Positions 47,760 to 56,489 of a stretch of DNA of 64,000 bases are shown in pieces; the first letter of the stretch is position 1; the number at the start of each line of letters is the position of its first letter. Under the pieces are notes generated by a model, which was not told the origin of the DNA, made no database searches, and was given only the letters and a program-made list of their open reading frames with translations. The stretch is from an uncultured delta proteobacterium. Lineage in GTDB: Bacteria > Desulfobacterota > Desulfobaccia > Desulfobaccales > 0-14-0-80-60-11. Made by a program: the position numbers and the translations under genes. Location of the stretch: NCBI GenBank assembly GCA_963812015.1, contig CAWETI010000003.1, forward strand, positions 1,376,001-1,440,000. The letters run 5' to 3'.

Positions 47760-49682
47760 ATGAAACGCCGCATCTATCTCAGCATGAAGTCGTTGGCGGA
47801 GGCCCGGGAGCTCTGGTTGGCCCGGTTTGATCTCGAGGCCATGGCCCAGGCCGAAGAAATCGCCGTGGCGGAGGCTCGGGGCCGGGTGACTGCCGGGCCG
47901 GTGATGGCGAAGCGCTCCTCCCCCGGGGCCCACCAGGCGGCCATGGACGGGTTCGCGGTGGCCGCGGCCGGAACCTTCGGGGCCACGCCGGACCATCCCA
48001 GGCGGATGGCCCTGGGGCAAGAGGCCTTTCCCATCAACACCGGCCATCTCATGCCCCCGGGGACCGATGCGGTGATCATGGTGGAGCAGGTCCCGGACCC
48101 GGAGGCCGACCCCATCACGGTGGAGGGACCCACCTTCCCCTGGCAGCACGTGCGCCGGGTGGGCGAAGATCTGGTAAGGGGGGAAATGGTGCTCCCTGAA
48201 GGGGTGGAGATAACTCCTTGGGCCCAGGGAGCCTTGCTGGCCGCGGGGGTCACCCGGGTGTCGGTGCGCCGCCGGCCCCGGGTAGCCATCATCCCCACCG
48301 GCACCGAGCTGGTGCCGGTGGCGGACCTGGACCGGGAACTGCCCCCCGGCAAGCTGCCGGAGTTCAATTCCGTCATCCTGGCGGGCCTGGTGGCCGAAGC
48401 CGGGGGGCAGCCCAGCGTGAGGCCCATCGTCCCCGATGACCCCGAGGTTCTGGCCGGGGCGTTAAAGGAAGCCGTGGCCGACGCCGATATGGTGCTCATC
48501 AATGCCGGGTCTTCGGCGGGCACCGAGGATTACACCTACCAGGCCATCGATTCCCTGGGAGAAGTGCTGGTGCACGGGGTCTCCATGATGCCGGGCAAAC
48601 CCACGGTATTGGGGGTGGTGGCGGGCAAACCGGTCATCGGCAACCCGGGCTATCCCGTGTCTGCGGTGTTATCCTTCGAGCAGTTCGCGGCGCCCCTCAT
48701 TGCGGGCCTGGCGGGCCGGCGTCTGGTTCCCCGGCCCACCCTGATGGTGCACCCGGCCCAAAACCTGCCGTCCAAGCCCGGCCTGACGGAATTCATCCGG
48801 GTAACCCTGGGCCGGGTGGGCGACAAGGTCATGGCCACCCCACTGCCCCGGGGGGCCGGGACCATCACTTCCCTGGTGCGGGCCGACGGCATGCTCGTCG
48901 TGCCGGCCTTGAGCGAGGGCCTGGAGGAGGACCGGCCGGTCAGCGCCGAGCTGCTGGTGACCCCGGAGGACCTGGAAGGCACCCTGGTGGTGCTGGGCAG
49001 CCATGACAACACCATTGACCTTTTGGCCACCCTGCTGCGCCGCCGGGATCACCGCCTGCGCCTGTCCTCCGGGCACGTGGGGAGCCTGGGAGGCCTGATG
49101 GCCCTGCGCCAGGGCCGGGCCCACCTGGGGGGCAGCCACATGCTGGACCCCGACACCAACACCTACAACGTACCCTTCATCCAGCGCTATCTGGCGGGCG
49201 TGCCCCTGAAGCTCATCAACCTGGCCTGGCGGGAACAGGGCCTGATGGTGGCACCCGGCAATCCCAAGCAGATCAAGGCCATCGGGGACCTGACCCGGGC
49301 CGGGGTGCGGTTCATCAACCGCCAGCGGGGGGCCGGCACCCGGCTCCTGCTGGATTACCTCATCAAGGAAGCCGGGCTTATAGCCGATCAGATTCAAGGC
49401 TACGAGCGGGAGGAGTACACCCACATGGCCGTGGCGGTGAATGTCTTTTCCGGCACCGCCGATGTAGGCCTGGGGATTCTGGCCGCGGCCCGGGCCTTGG
49501 GGCTGGATTTTATCCCCCTGTTGCCGGAGCGCTATGACCTGGTGGTCCCGGAGACCACTTTTGTCGACTCCCGCTTTCAGACCCTCCTGGCGGTGATCCG
49601 CTCCCGGGAATTCCAGGAGGCCGCGGCCGCCCTGGGAGGCTACGACTTGAAGGATTGCGGCGCCATCCTCTGGGAGCAATAA
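47760..49682 (+). CDS. moeA: Molybdopterin molybdotransferase fused to a PBP-type domain
   Basis: AMDGFAV, PTGTEL, PGKP, PGYPVS; C-terminal GSHD, VGSLGGL, INRQRGAGTR. Confidence 0.9.
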   Translation: MKRRIYLSMKSLAEARELWLARFDLEAMAQAEEIAVAEARGRVTAGPVMAKRSSPGAHQAAMDGFAVAAAGTFGATPDHPRRMALGQEAFPINTGHLMPPGTDAVIMVEQVPDPEADPITVEGPTFPWQHVRRVGEDLVRGEMVLPEGVEITPWAQGALLAAGVTRVSVRRRPRVAIIPTGTELVPVADLDRELPPGKLPEFNSVILAGLVAEAGGQPSVRPIVPDDPEVLAGALKEAVADADMVLINAGSSAGTEDYTYQAIDSLGEVLVHGVSMMPGKPTVLGVVAGKPVIGNPGYPVSAVLSFEQFAAPLIAGLAGRRLVPRPTLMVHPAQNLPSKPGLTEFIRVTLGRVGDKVMATPLPRGAGTITSLVRADGMLVVPALSEGLEEDRPVSAELLVTPEDLEGTLVVLGSHDNTIDLLATLLRRRDHRLRLSSGHVGSLGGLMALRQGRAHLGGSHMLDPDTNTYNVPFIQRYLAGVPLKLINLAWREQGLMVAPGNPKQIKAIGDLTRAGVRFINRQRGAGTRLLLDYLIKEAGLIADQIQGYEREEYTHMAVAVNVFSGTADVGLGILAAARALGLDFIPLLPERYDLVVPETTFVDSRFQTLLAVIRSREFQEAAAALGGYDLKDCGAILWEQ

Positions 49683-49779
49683 CCTTTTGGGGAGAGACAC
49701 GATAAAGATGGCTGCCTGATTAAGGTGAATCCCCCTAGGCTGACTCTTGAGAGACTGCCTGCGATTTGAGGTTGTGCTC

Positions 49780-50304
49780 ATGCAGAAGATTCTGAGAACC
49801 TTGAAACACGAATTGCTTGAAATCATACCCCCAACAATTTTTTTCTTTGTGGCTTTTAATGTGATCACCTTTACTAAAGGGCTTATGCTGGAGCAATACG
49901 GCATTAAGTTTTCCGGCTTCATCGCTTCCACCCTAGGGGCGTTAATCGTGGCCAAGGTCGTCCTGATCGCGGATAAGATTCCCTTTATAAATAAATACCC
50001 TGATAAACCCCTAATTTATAACGTAGTGTGGAAAACTGTTATCTACGTATTGGTCGCTCTGGTCGTCAGGTTTCTGGAATACCTTATTCCCCTCTGGTGG
50101 CAGTATCGGAACTTGAGCCTGGCTGCCGAGCAGCTCTGGGGGAAAATTATCTGGCCGCATTTCTGGGTGATACACATCTGGCTGGTGTGCCTGTTTTTTG
50201 TCTACGTGTCGTTCCGGGAACTTGCCCGCAGTCTGGGTGAGGCACAATTTTTCAAGATGTTCTTTGGCATCCGGATGTCAACGAATAATGTCCGGACTGA
50301 ATAG
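49780..50304 (+). CDS. Hypothetical four-TM membrane protein, lower GC
   Basis: GAGG RBS, four hydrophobic segments. Confidence 0.75.
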   Translation: MQKILRTLKHELLEIIPPTIFFFVAFNVITFTKGLMLEQYGIKFSGFIASTLGALIVAKVVLIADKIPFINKYPDKPLIYNVVWKTVIYVLVALVVRFLEYLIPLWWQYRNLSLAAEQLWGKIIWPHFWVIHIWLVCLFFVYVSFRELARSLGEAQFFKMFFGIRMSTNNVRTE

Positions 50305-50420
50305 CGTTTCGGGCCTGACCACCCGGTATAAAGCGTTTCTCCAATTTGATCGGCGGCGTCCTCATGCTGATTATCGGGGTATTGCTCATCGTCAACCCCG
50401 GTTGGCTGATGTTCGGCTGA
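50297..50420 (+). pseudogene. C-terminal remnant of a membrane protein (glutaredoxin/cytochrome c biogenesis-like, recalled)
   Basis: VSGLTTRYK/frameshift/RFSNLIGGVLMLIIGVLLIVNPGWLMFG-stop, no start codon. Confidence 0.5.
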
Positions 50421-50585
50421 GCCGGTCTCCGGAAATCATGCTATTGTCACAGCTGCGCATGACCGCCGCGGTCCAGTGCCCGGACTGAAGGCAGGATAAT
50501 TCCGGGCCGGTGGGGTGGCTTATCAGGGAGAGAGCGTTTATCATAAACCAATGCCACCCGAAAATCTTGACAAGGAGGGTTGTCC

Positions 50586-51158
50586 ATGGAGTTGAAGGGA
50601 TCCCAAACCGAAAAAAACCTGCTGATCGCCTTTGCCGGGGAGTCCCAGGCCCGGAACCGTTATACCTACTATGCCGGTGAAGCCAAGAAGGCGGGGTATG
50701 AGTATATTGCCGCCATTTTCCTGGAGACCGCCGAAAATGAGAAAGAGCACGCTAAGGTCTTTTTCAAGCACCTGGGGGAAGGCACCGCCGAGATCGTGGC
50801 CGGTTATCCCTTTCACCTGGGGGACACCTTGAGTAATTTACTGGCCGCGGCCGAGGGCGAAAATTACGAATGGACCACCCTGTATCAGAATTTTGGCGAC
50901 GTGGCGGCCCAAGAGAGATTTAAGGAGATCGCCGCCTCTTTCCGGGAGATCGCTAAGGTGGAGCACTTCCACGAGTCCCGGTACCGGGACCTGGCGGAGC
51001 ATGTCAAGAACGGCACCATGTTCAAGCGCTCCGAGCCCGTGACCTGGCACTGCCGCAATTGCGGCTATCTGGTCGAGGGCAAGGATGCCCCGGAGACCTG
51101 CCCATCCTGCAAGCATCCCCGGGCCTATTACGAGGTGCTGGCGGACAATTATCGCTAA
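50586..51158 (+). CDS. rbr: Rubrerythrin
   Basis: AFAGESQARNRY, ENEKEHA, E..HE.RY, rubredoxin-like WHCRNCGY and CPSC.HP. Confidence 0.95.
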   Translation: MELKGSQTEKNLLIAFAGESQARNRYTYYAGEAKKAGYEYIAAIFLETAENEKEHAKVFFKHLGEGTAEIVAGYPFHLGDTLSNLLAAAEGENYEWTTLYQNFGDVAAQERFKEIAASFREIAKVEHFHESRYRDLAEHVKNGTMFKRSEPVTWHCRNCGYLVEGKDAPETCPSCKHPRAYYEVLADNYR

Positions 51159-51162
51159 TGGC

Positions 51163-51196
51163 TGGCCCGGCCCCGGTGCCCCGGGCCACTTTTTTA
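51163..51196 (+). terminator. Intrinsic terminator after rbr
   Basis: TGGCCCGG...CCGGGCCA hairpin followed by T6. Confidence 0.75.
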
Positions 51197-51297
51197 TCGA
51201 CAATTGGCGGTAATTTCCCCAAAATTTCCTCTACCGGCCCTCATGGGAAAGAAAGACGGGGTAGGGGCCCTAGGGTGGTTCCTCCCAGGAAAGGTGA

Positions 51298-51897
51298 ATG
51301 ATGTACCAGGTTCTGGTCTTGGTGGTCCTGGCCTATCTGTTGGGCTCTATCCCCGCGGGGCTGCTGGTGGCCTGGGCCCTGGGAGAGCCGGACCCCCGCC
51401 GGCAAGGCAGCGGCAATCTGGGGACCGCCAATGTCTATCGCCTGTTGGGCCGTAAGGCCGGGGCTCTCACCTTACTGGGCGATATGGCCAAGGGGGCCCT
51501 GCCGGTGGCCCTGGCGCGGCTGACGCTCAGCCCCCTGGGAACCTGGCAGGATGCGGGCGTAGCCCTGGTGGCGGCCGCCGCGGTTGCCGGCCATGTCTTC
51601 CCGGTGTACCTGAAGTTCAAGGGCGGCAAAGCCGTGGCCACCACCTTCGGCGTCGTGGCCGTGCTGGCCCCCTGGGCCGCCCTCAATCTGGCGGCGGTCT
51701 ATATCCTAGCCCTGACCCAGACCCGAATCTTCTCGGTCAGCGCCCTGATCTGCGCCTGGCTGTTGCCGGTGGCCGTGGGGCTGTTTACCGATTCCAAGGC
51801 TTATCTGCTCCTGGCCGGGGCCCTCTCGGGTCTCATCCTGGTCTGTCACCGGGATAACCTGGAACGTTTCTTTAAGGGAGAAGAACCGCGTCTTTAA
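51298..51897 (+). CDS. plsY: Glycerol-3-phosphate 1-O-acyltransferase
   Basis: YLLGSIP, GSGNLGTAN..R, GHVFP..FKGGKAVAT, HRDNL.R. Confidence 0.93.
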   Translation: MMYQVLVLVVLAYLLGSIPAGLLVAWALGEPDPRRQGSGNLGTANVYRLLGRKAGALTLLGDMAKGALPVALARLTLSPLGTWQDAGVALVAAAAVAGHVFPVYLKFKGGKAVATTFGVVAVLAPWAALNLAAVYILALTQTRIFSVSALICAWLLPVAVGLFTDSKAYLLLAGALSGLILVCHRDNLERFFKGEEPRL

Positions 51898-51974
51898 CCG
51901 GCGCAACTCCGGGGCGCCTTAGGGGCTGTTCCGGCCAGGCCCAAACCGCAATTCACACTGAATGGAGAAGGAAC

Positions 51975-52631
51975 ATGCAGATCAGGGATTGGATGACTAA
52001 AGACCCCGTCACCATTACCGAAGACACCTCGATGATTAAGGCCATTCATCTCATGAAGGAGCGCCGTTTCCGGCGGATTCCGGTGGTGAGCCAGGGGAAA
52101 CTGGTGGGCATGGTGACCGACCGGGACCTGAAAGAGGCCTCTCCCTCCAAGGCCACCACCCTGGATGTCCATGAGCTTTACTATCTTTTGGCCGAACTCC
52201 ATGTCAGCGAGATCATGAGCCGCGATCCCCTCAGCGTCTCCCCGGATGACACGGTGGAACACGCGGCCCAGATCATGCTGGAGCATACCATCTCGGGCTT
52301 GCCGGTGGTGGATGGGAGCGGTGCGGTGGTGGGGATCATCACCCAATCCGATGTGTTCCGGGCCTTCATGCAGATTACCGGCGTCCTCCAGGGTGGCGTG
52401 CAGTTCGCCCTGCGCCTGGAGGACCGTCCCGGCCTCATCAAGGATGTGGTGGACCTCCTGCGGGCCCGGGGGGCCCGGTTCGTCAGCCTGCTCTCTTCCT
52501 ATGCCAAGTCAAAGGAAGGCTATCGGGATGTGTACCTCCGGGTTAAGAACCTGCCACCGGAAGCGGTAGCCGCGGCCAAAGAAGAACTGGCCTCCCGCTT
52601 CGAATTACTCTACGTCATTCCGGAAAGGTAG
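51975..52631 (+). CDS. CBS-pair plus ACT-domain protein (AcuB-like)
   Basis: Two CBS domains, ASPSKATTLDVHELYYLL, LEDRPG ACT start. Confidence 0.88.
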   Translation: MQIRDWMTKDPVTITEDTSMIKAIHLMKERRFRRIPVVSQGKLVGMVTDRDLKEASPSKATTLDVHELYYLLAELHVSEIMSRDPLSVSPDDTVEHAAQIMLEHTISGLPVVDGSGAVVGIITQSDVFRAFMQITGVLQGGVQFALRLEDRPGLIKDVVDLLRARGARFVSLLSSYAKSKEGYRDVYLRVKNLPPEAVAAAKEELASRFELLYVIPER

Positions 52632-52849
52632 GGGGTGAACCACCGGCGCTCCACCTGAGGCGCCGTCCGGTGGGCGTTACTGATTGTTGCGGTACCTAAA
52701 GCGAGGGGGTCGGGGTGCGCCCCGCCCCTCTGGTGTTCCTCTGCCCGCCCGGCAAAACTCATCGAGATTATGACGACCCCGGCGACTCCTTTTCGGCCCG
52801 CGCCGGCCAGCCCCGTGACCTTTGGCCCCATTACCTTGGTGCCCGGATG

Positions 52850-53095
52850 CAAGGGCGGGCGTTTCAGCAGGTGCTGGCGGCGCGGGAGGCCCGGCTGCTG
52901 GAAGCCCTGAGCAGGCCGCACTCCCTGGAGGAGCTGACGGCCCAGCGCCTCATCTATGGCAAAGTCAAGGAACCCCGGTTCGTCTATGACCACATGGAAG
53001 GCTGGATGGTGGCCCAGCACCTGGACCGCCTCCTCCGCCGGGGCCTGATCGACCGCACCCCGGCAGGGTTTCAGCGGCTGGGCTCACCCGGATAA
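52850..53095 (+). pseudogene. Probable C-terminal winged-helix remnant (MBL-fold hydrolase-like)
   Basis: REARLLEAL..P.SLEEL...LIYGK...HLDRLLRRGLI with strong GC3 bias; upstream part looks non-coding and lacks HxHxDH. Confidence 0.45.
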
Positions 53096-53249
53096 TGCCT
53101 CCGGCCACCCAGAAGTTGCTGGCATCGGCTTTTCAGTCTGTGCTTGGCCTGGGCTCGACTCCTGGCTATTTTCAGGACTGGTTTGAAGGTTCCGCCTGTT
53201 TCATGTCGTGGATTTAATGGTCAAACGAGGCAAACCTGGCGTTCGCTTT

Positions 53250-53288
53250 AAAAAAAATCCCAGACCGCCCAAGTTGAGCGATCTGGGA
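53250..53288 (-). terminator. Intrinsic terminator after the repeat lipoprotein
   Basis: TCCCAGA..CGC...GCG..TCTGGGA stem with an A-run on plus (U-tract on minus). Confidence 0.7.
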
Positions 53289-53307
53289 GCTTGCCGCGCT
53301 AGGAGAA

Positions 53308-54222
53308 CTACTCCTGCGGTTTTGGCTTGCCAGGGGTAGTTGTTTCAGGCTTACGGCCGCCAGGGGCAGCGGCTGCGGAAGAAGGAGTTGTTCCCGGTTT
53401 GCGAACGTCAGGACCGGTTACTCCAGGTTTACGACCGCCGGGAGTAGCGGCTTCCTGAGGACGGCCGCCAGGGCCGGTGGCTCCGGGAGGGCGAACGCCA
53501 GAAGCAGAGGTTCCCGGTTTACGGACGTCAGGACCAGTGGCTCCCGGAGGCCGGGCGCCAGGACCGGTTACCCCAGGTTTACGGACGCCGGGAGCGGCGG
53601 TTTCCTGAGGACGAGCGCCAGGGCCAGTGGCTCCGGGAGGACGGCCGCTAGGACTGGTGCCCCCAGGGGGACGGACGCCAGGAGCAGCGGTTTCATGAGG
53701 ACGGACGCCAGGCCCGGTGGCTCCGGGAGGACGAACCCCAGGACCGGTTACCCCAGGGGGACGAACGCCGTGGAATCCTTGATTCCATCCTTCACCCTGG
53801 CCACGATGGTATCTATTATAAAAATTCTGGTCATAATGCTGACCCGCTTGGTGTGTGCGCCAATAGGGATACTGTCGCTGAAAATTTTGCCAGTAATGAG
53901 GATTTTGTTGATACCACGTATTCCACCTTGGCGCATACCAGTTAGTGGGTCTAACAATATAGGTGGGAGGATAAGCGTAATACGGGGCCCATCCATATCT
54001 ATTGCCGAAATTGTTATACAACATTCCATTCAAAAACCAATCACCGTTATAAAAGACCCATGGCGTATTGGGGCCAACCCAGGGTGTGGCGTAAAGGTTC
54101 TGGGGCGGGGGGGCATATCCCTGACCATAAGGGTCCTGACCATAGGGGGCTGGAGACATTGGGGCGGTCGCGCATCCAGCCAGCAAAATTGCCATCACAA
54201 GGATAAAACTCAACTTTTTCAT
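53308..54222 (-). CDS. Lipoprotein with aromatic-rich domain and Pro/Gly-rich decapeptide repeat tail
   Basis: MKKLSFILVMAILLAGC lipobox; about 13-14 G(V/A/G)R(P/K)PG.TGP units. Confidence 0.85.
   Translation of the reverse strand: MKKLSFILVMAILLAGCATAPMSPAPYGQDPYGQGYAPPPQNLYATPWVGPNTPWVFYNGDWFLNGMLYNNFGNRYGWAPYYAYPPTYIVRPTNWYAPRWNTWYQQNPHYWQNFQRQYPYWRTHQAGQHYDQNFYNRYHRGQGEGWNQGFHGVRPPGVTGPGVRPPGATGPGVRPHETAAPGVRPPGGTSPSGRPPGATGPGARPQETAAPGVRKPGVTGPGARPPGATGPDVRKPGTSASGVRPPGATGPGGRPQEAATPGGRKPGVTGPDVRKPGTTPSSAAAAPGGRKPETTTPGKPKPQE
53338..53771 (-). repeat. Coding 30-bp tandem repeat
   Basis: Units such as GGACGGCCGCCAGGGCCGGTGGCTCCGGGA recur every 30 bp. Confidence 0.85.
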
Positions 54223-54814
54223 ACCTATCTCCACGCGTATTTTTTTCCGATGATGCCGGGGCACGCCTTATAGCCTTAAACGGTTTCCTTCCTCTGCCCC
54301 TAACGCCAAAGCTTTGTCCCTCTTAACACGTTAGATGAATCTCGACAATATATGTTAGGCGCCTTTCTCACCCGGGGGTGTTTAGGTGTAACCCACTATA
54401 AACTTTTATCATTTCAATTAAAATGCTCCTTGCTTAACTTTATCTCATTTCTGCTGTCTAAAAATTCAAATGGCTCTCCTCTGCGTGCTTGGGCTAGCCC
54501 AGGTCGGCATGGCGGTGGCAATCTCAGCGGCAGCCCATCCAGGGGCTGAGTCTGGCAGCTTCCAAGCAAAATTTATCCAACCCGGGCAGTGGATAGACGC
54601 ACTGGACAAGCTGGTGCAGCAAGCACGCTGCATCCTGTATCTCAGGACTCTCATGAACGAAGCTCAAAGTATCAAGAGCGGGCCCGGAGGGGGGGCGCCT
54701 TACCCCTCAGACCCACCGTGAGATTCCAGTTTCCCGACCCAGCCCGGAGGCTGGGATATACGCAAGTAAAATCAGGCCTGATGTTTTCTTACTCTCACCA
54801 GGAGGATTATTCCG

Positions 54815-56008
54815 ATGGGTAAATGGAGCGCAAGCATCACCTTGGCAGGATTGGCGCTGGGGAGTCTGTTGCTGAGGGGATCACCGGCTGGAGCGCAGTC
54901 CGTCTACGACCCCCATATGGATCAGCGGGAGGCCTACCAACAGCAACGTATCCAGCAGGGGATTGACAACGGTTCCTTGACTTCCGGCGAAGCCGGGCGC
55001 CTGGAAAATGAACAAGCTCGCATCCAGGCCACCGAGGACCGGATGAAGGCGGACGGCAACCTGTCTCCCAGGGAGCGGGAACGGCTCAGCCAGATGCAGA
55101 ACCGGGCCAGCCAAGATATTAACCGCCTGGAGAATAATAACCGCACCGCAGGCGGGGGAGGCAATTACCCCTACGGCTGGAGTGGGCATACCAATTCCGG
55201 CTGGGGTGGACAGAACTACGGCGGCAGGGGTGACAATACCTATGATCCCAGGATCGATCGCCGGGAAGCCTACCAACAGCAACGCATCCAGCAGGGCATT
55301 AACAACGGTTCCTTGACTCCCGGGGAAGCCCGTTACCTGAAAAGGGAACAGGGTCGCATCGATCGGGCCGAGGACCGGATGAAGGCTGACGGCAACCTGT
55401 CTCCCCAGGAGCGGCTACGACTCAGCCAGATGCAGAACCGGGCCGGCCAAGATATTAACCGCCTGGAAAATAATAACCGGACCACCGCGGGTTATAGCGG
55501 CAACCAGGCCGGGTGGCGGGGCAATAACGGCGCGTGGCGGGGAAATAACCCCGGTGGCGGCGCAACCGCGACCAGCGGGACCCCCACAGCCGGCAATAAC
55601 CAAGGCTGGCGTAACGGCAGTGGCAACGGCACCGCGGCGAGCGGCACCACCACCGCAAGTAATGCCACCGGTACTCCCCAAGGTTGGCAGGGTCCTGGTA
55701 GGGGGGCGGCGTCGACTGGAAATGCCAATTATCGTAACGGGCAGCCGGGATCGTACCAGCAACCAGGCGCCCAAGCAGGGCAGGGCGGGCAGCAATATCA
55801 GCGACCCTCCATCCAGGGGACCCAGTCTCAGATGAGGACCAACCAACCGGCCCCTGGGCAGGGGCAGTATCGGCAAGCTCGTGCGCAGATGCCCCAAACC
55901 CAGATGAGGCCGAATGGCAATATGATGGCTCGGCAACCGTTCGGGCTGGGCCGGATGGTGAATCGCGCCAGCTTCTCCGTTCCTAGAGCCGCGCTTCGGA
56001 GGCGGTAA
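54815..56008 (+). CDS. Secreted protein with duplicated ~80-aa helical domain and Gly/Gln/Asn-rich tail
   Basis: AGGAGG RBS, signal peptide, YDP..D.REAYQQQRIQQG...INRLENNNRT twice, 336 nt apart. Confidence 0.85.
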   Translation: MGKWSASITLAGLALGSLLLRGSPAGAQSVYDPHMDQREAYQQQRIQQGIDNGSLTSGEAGRLENEQARIQATEDRMKADGNLSPRERERLSQMQNRASQDINRLENNNRTAGGGGNYPYGWSGHTNSGWGGQNYGGRGDNTYDPRIDRREAYQQQRIQQGINNGSLTPGEARYLKREQGRIDRAEDRMKADGNLSPQERLRLSQMQNRAGQDINRLENNNRTTAGYSGNQAGWRGNNGAWRGNNPGGGATATSGTPTAGNNQGWRNGSGNGTAASGTTTASNATGTPQGWQGPGRGAASTGNANYRNGQPGSYQQPGAQAGQGGQQYQRPSIQGTQSQMRTNQPAPGQGQYRQARAQMPQTQMRPNGNMMARQPFGLGRMVNRASFSVPRAALRRR

Positions 56009-56218
56009 CCTCGCCGGCTAAGATGGTAGAGGAGGGCAGGGAGGCCCAGGTTCTCCCGCTCTCCTCCGCCACACCTTCATTAACTTCCCGAGCCTGTCGG
56101 GCTGATTAATTTTTCCCGCCTCCCACTCATCAAACTCAGATTGAAAAATTCCACCGAACCCTTGGCGGCATGAATGTGGCTGGGCTCAGCCTGGCCCCCG
56201 GACCGCCACAACCATTTT

Positions 56219-56346
56219 AAGCCATTTCAAAACCTGCTTTTTTGTCATCCTGAACGGCGTGAAGGATCTCAATTTATTAAAAAGACGAGATTATTCGCTA
56301 CGCTCAGAATGACAATTCTCTATCAATCCAGGTTTCGAAATGGCTT
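56219..56346. repeat. Nested inverted-repeat (MITE-like) element
   Basis: Outer IR AAGCCATTTCAAAACCTG / CAGGTTTCGAAATGGCTT (17/18); inner TGTCATCCTGAACG...CGCTCAGAATGACA. Confidence 0.75.
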
Positions 56347-56489
56347 GTTGCACAGCCCAAGAGGGGATTTCCCGCTCACTCGCCAACCTACGCATTGCTC
56401 TTCATGTGCGGGATATTGCCAGAAGAGAAAAAGGCAGGGGCTCATCACCCCTGCCTTGGTGGTCTTTTACCAAAAACCGAAAACCGTCT

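Noticed and set aside
53338..53771. 30-bp periodic repeats as a CRISPR array
   Set aside because: Units are contiguous, degenerate at codon third positions, lack unique spacers and lie in a lipoprotein ORF; no cas genes in the window
54550..54620. Sigma54-like GG-N10-GC sites upstream of the 54815 gene
   Set aside because: TGGCAGCTTCCAAGCA and TGGACAAGCTGGTGCA each have several mismatches to the consensus
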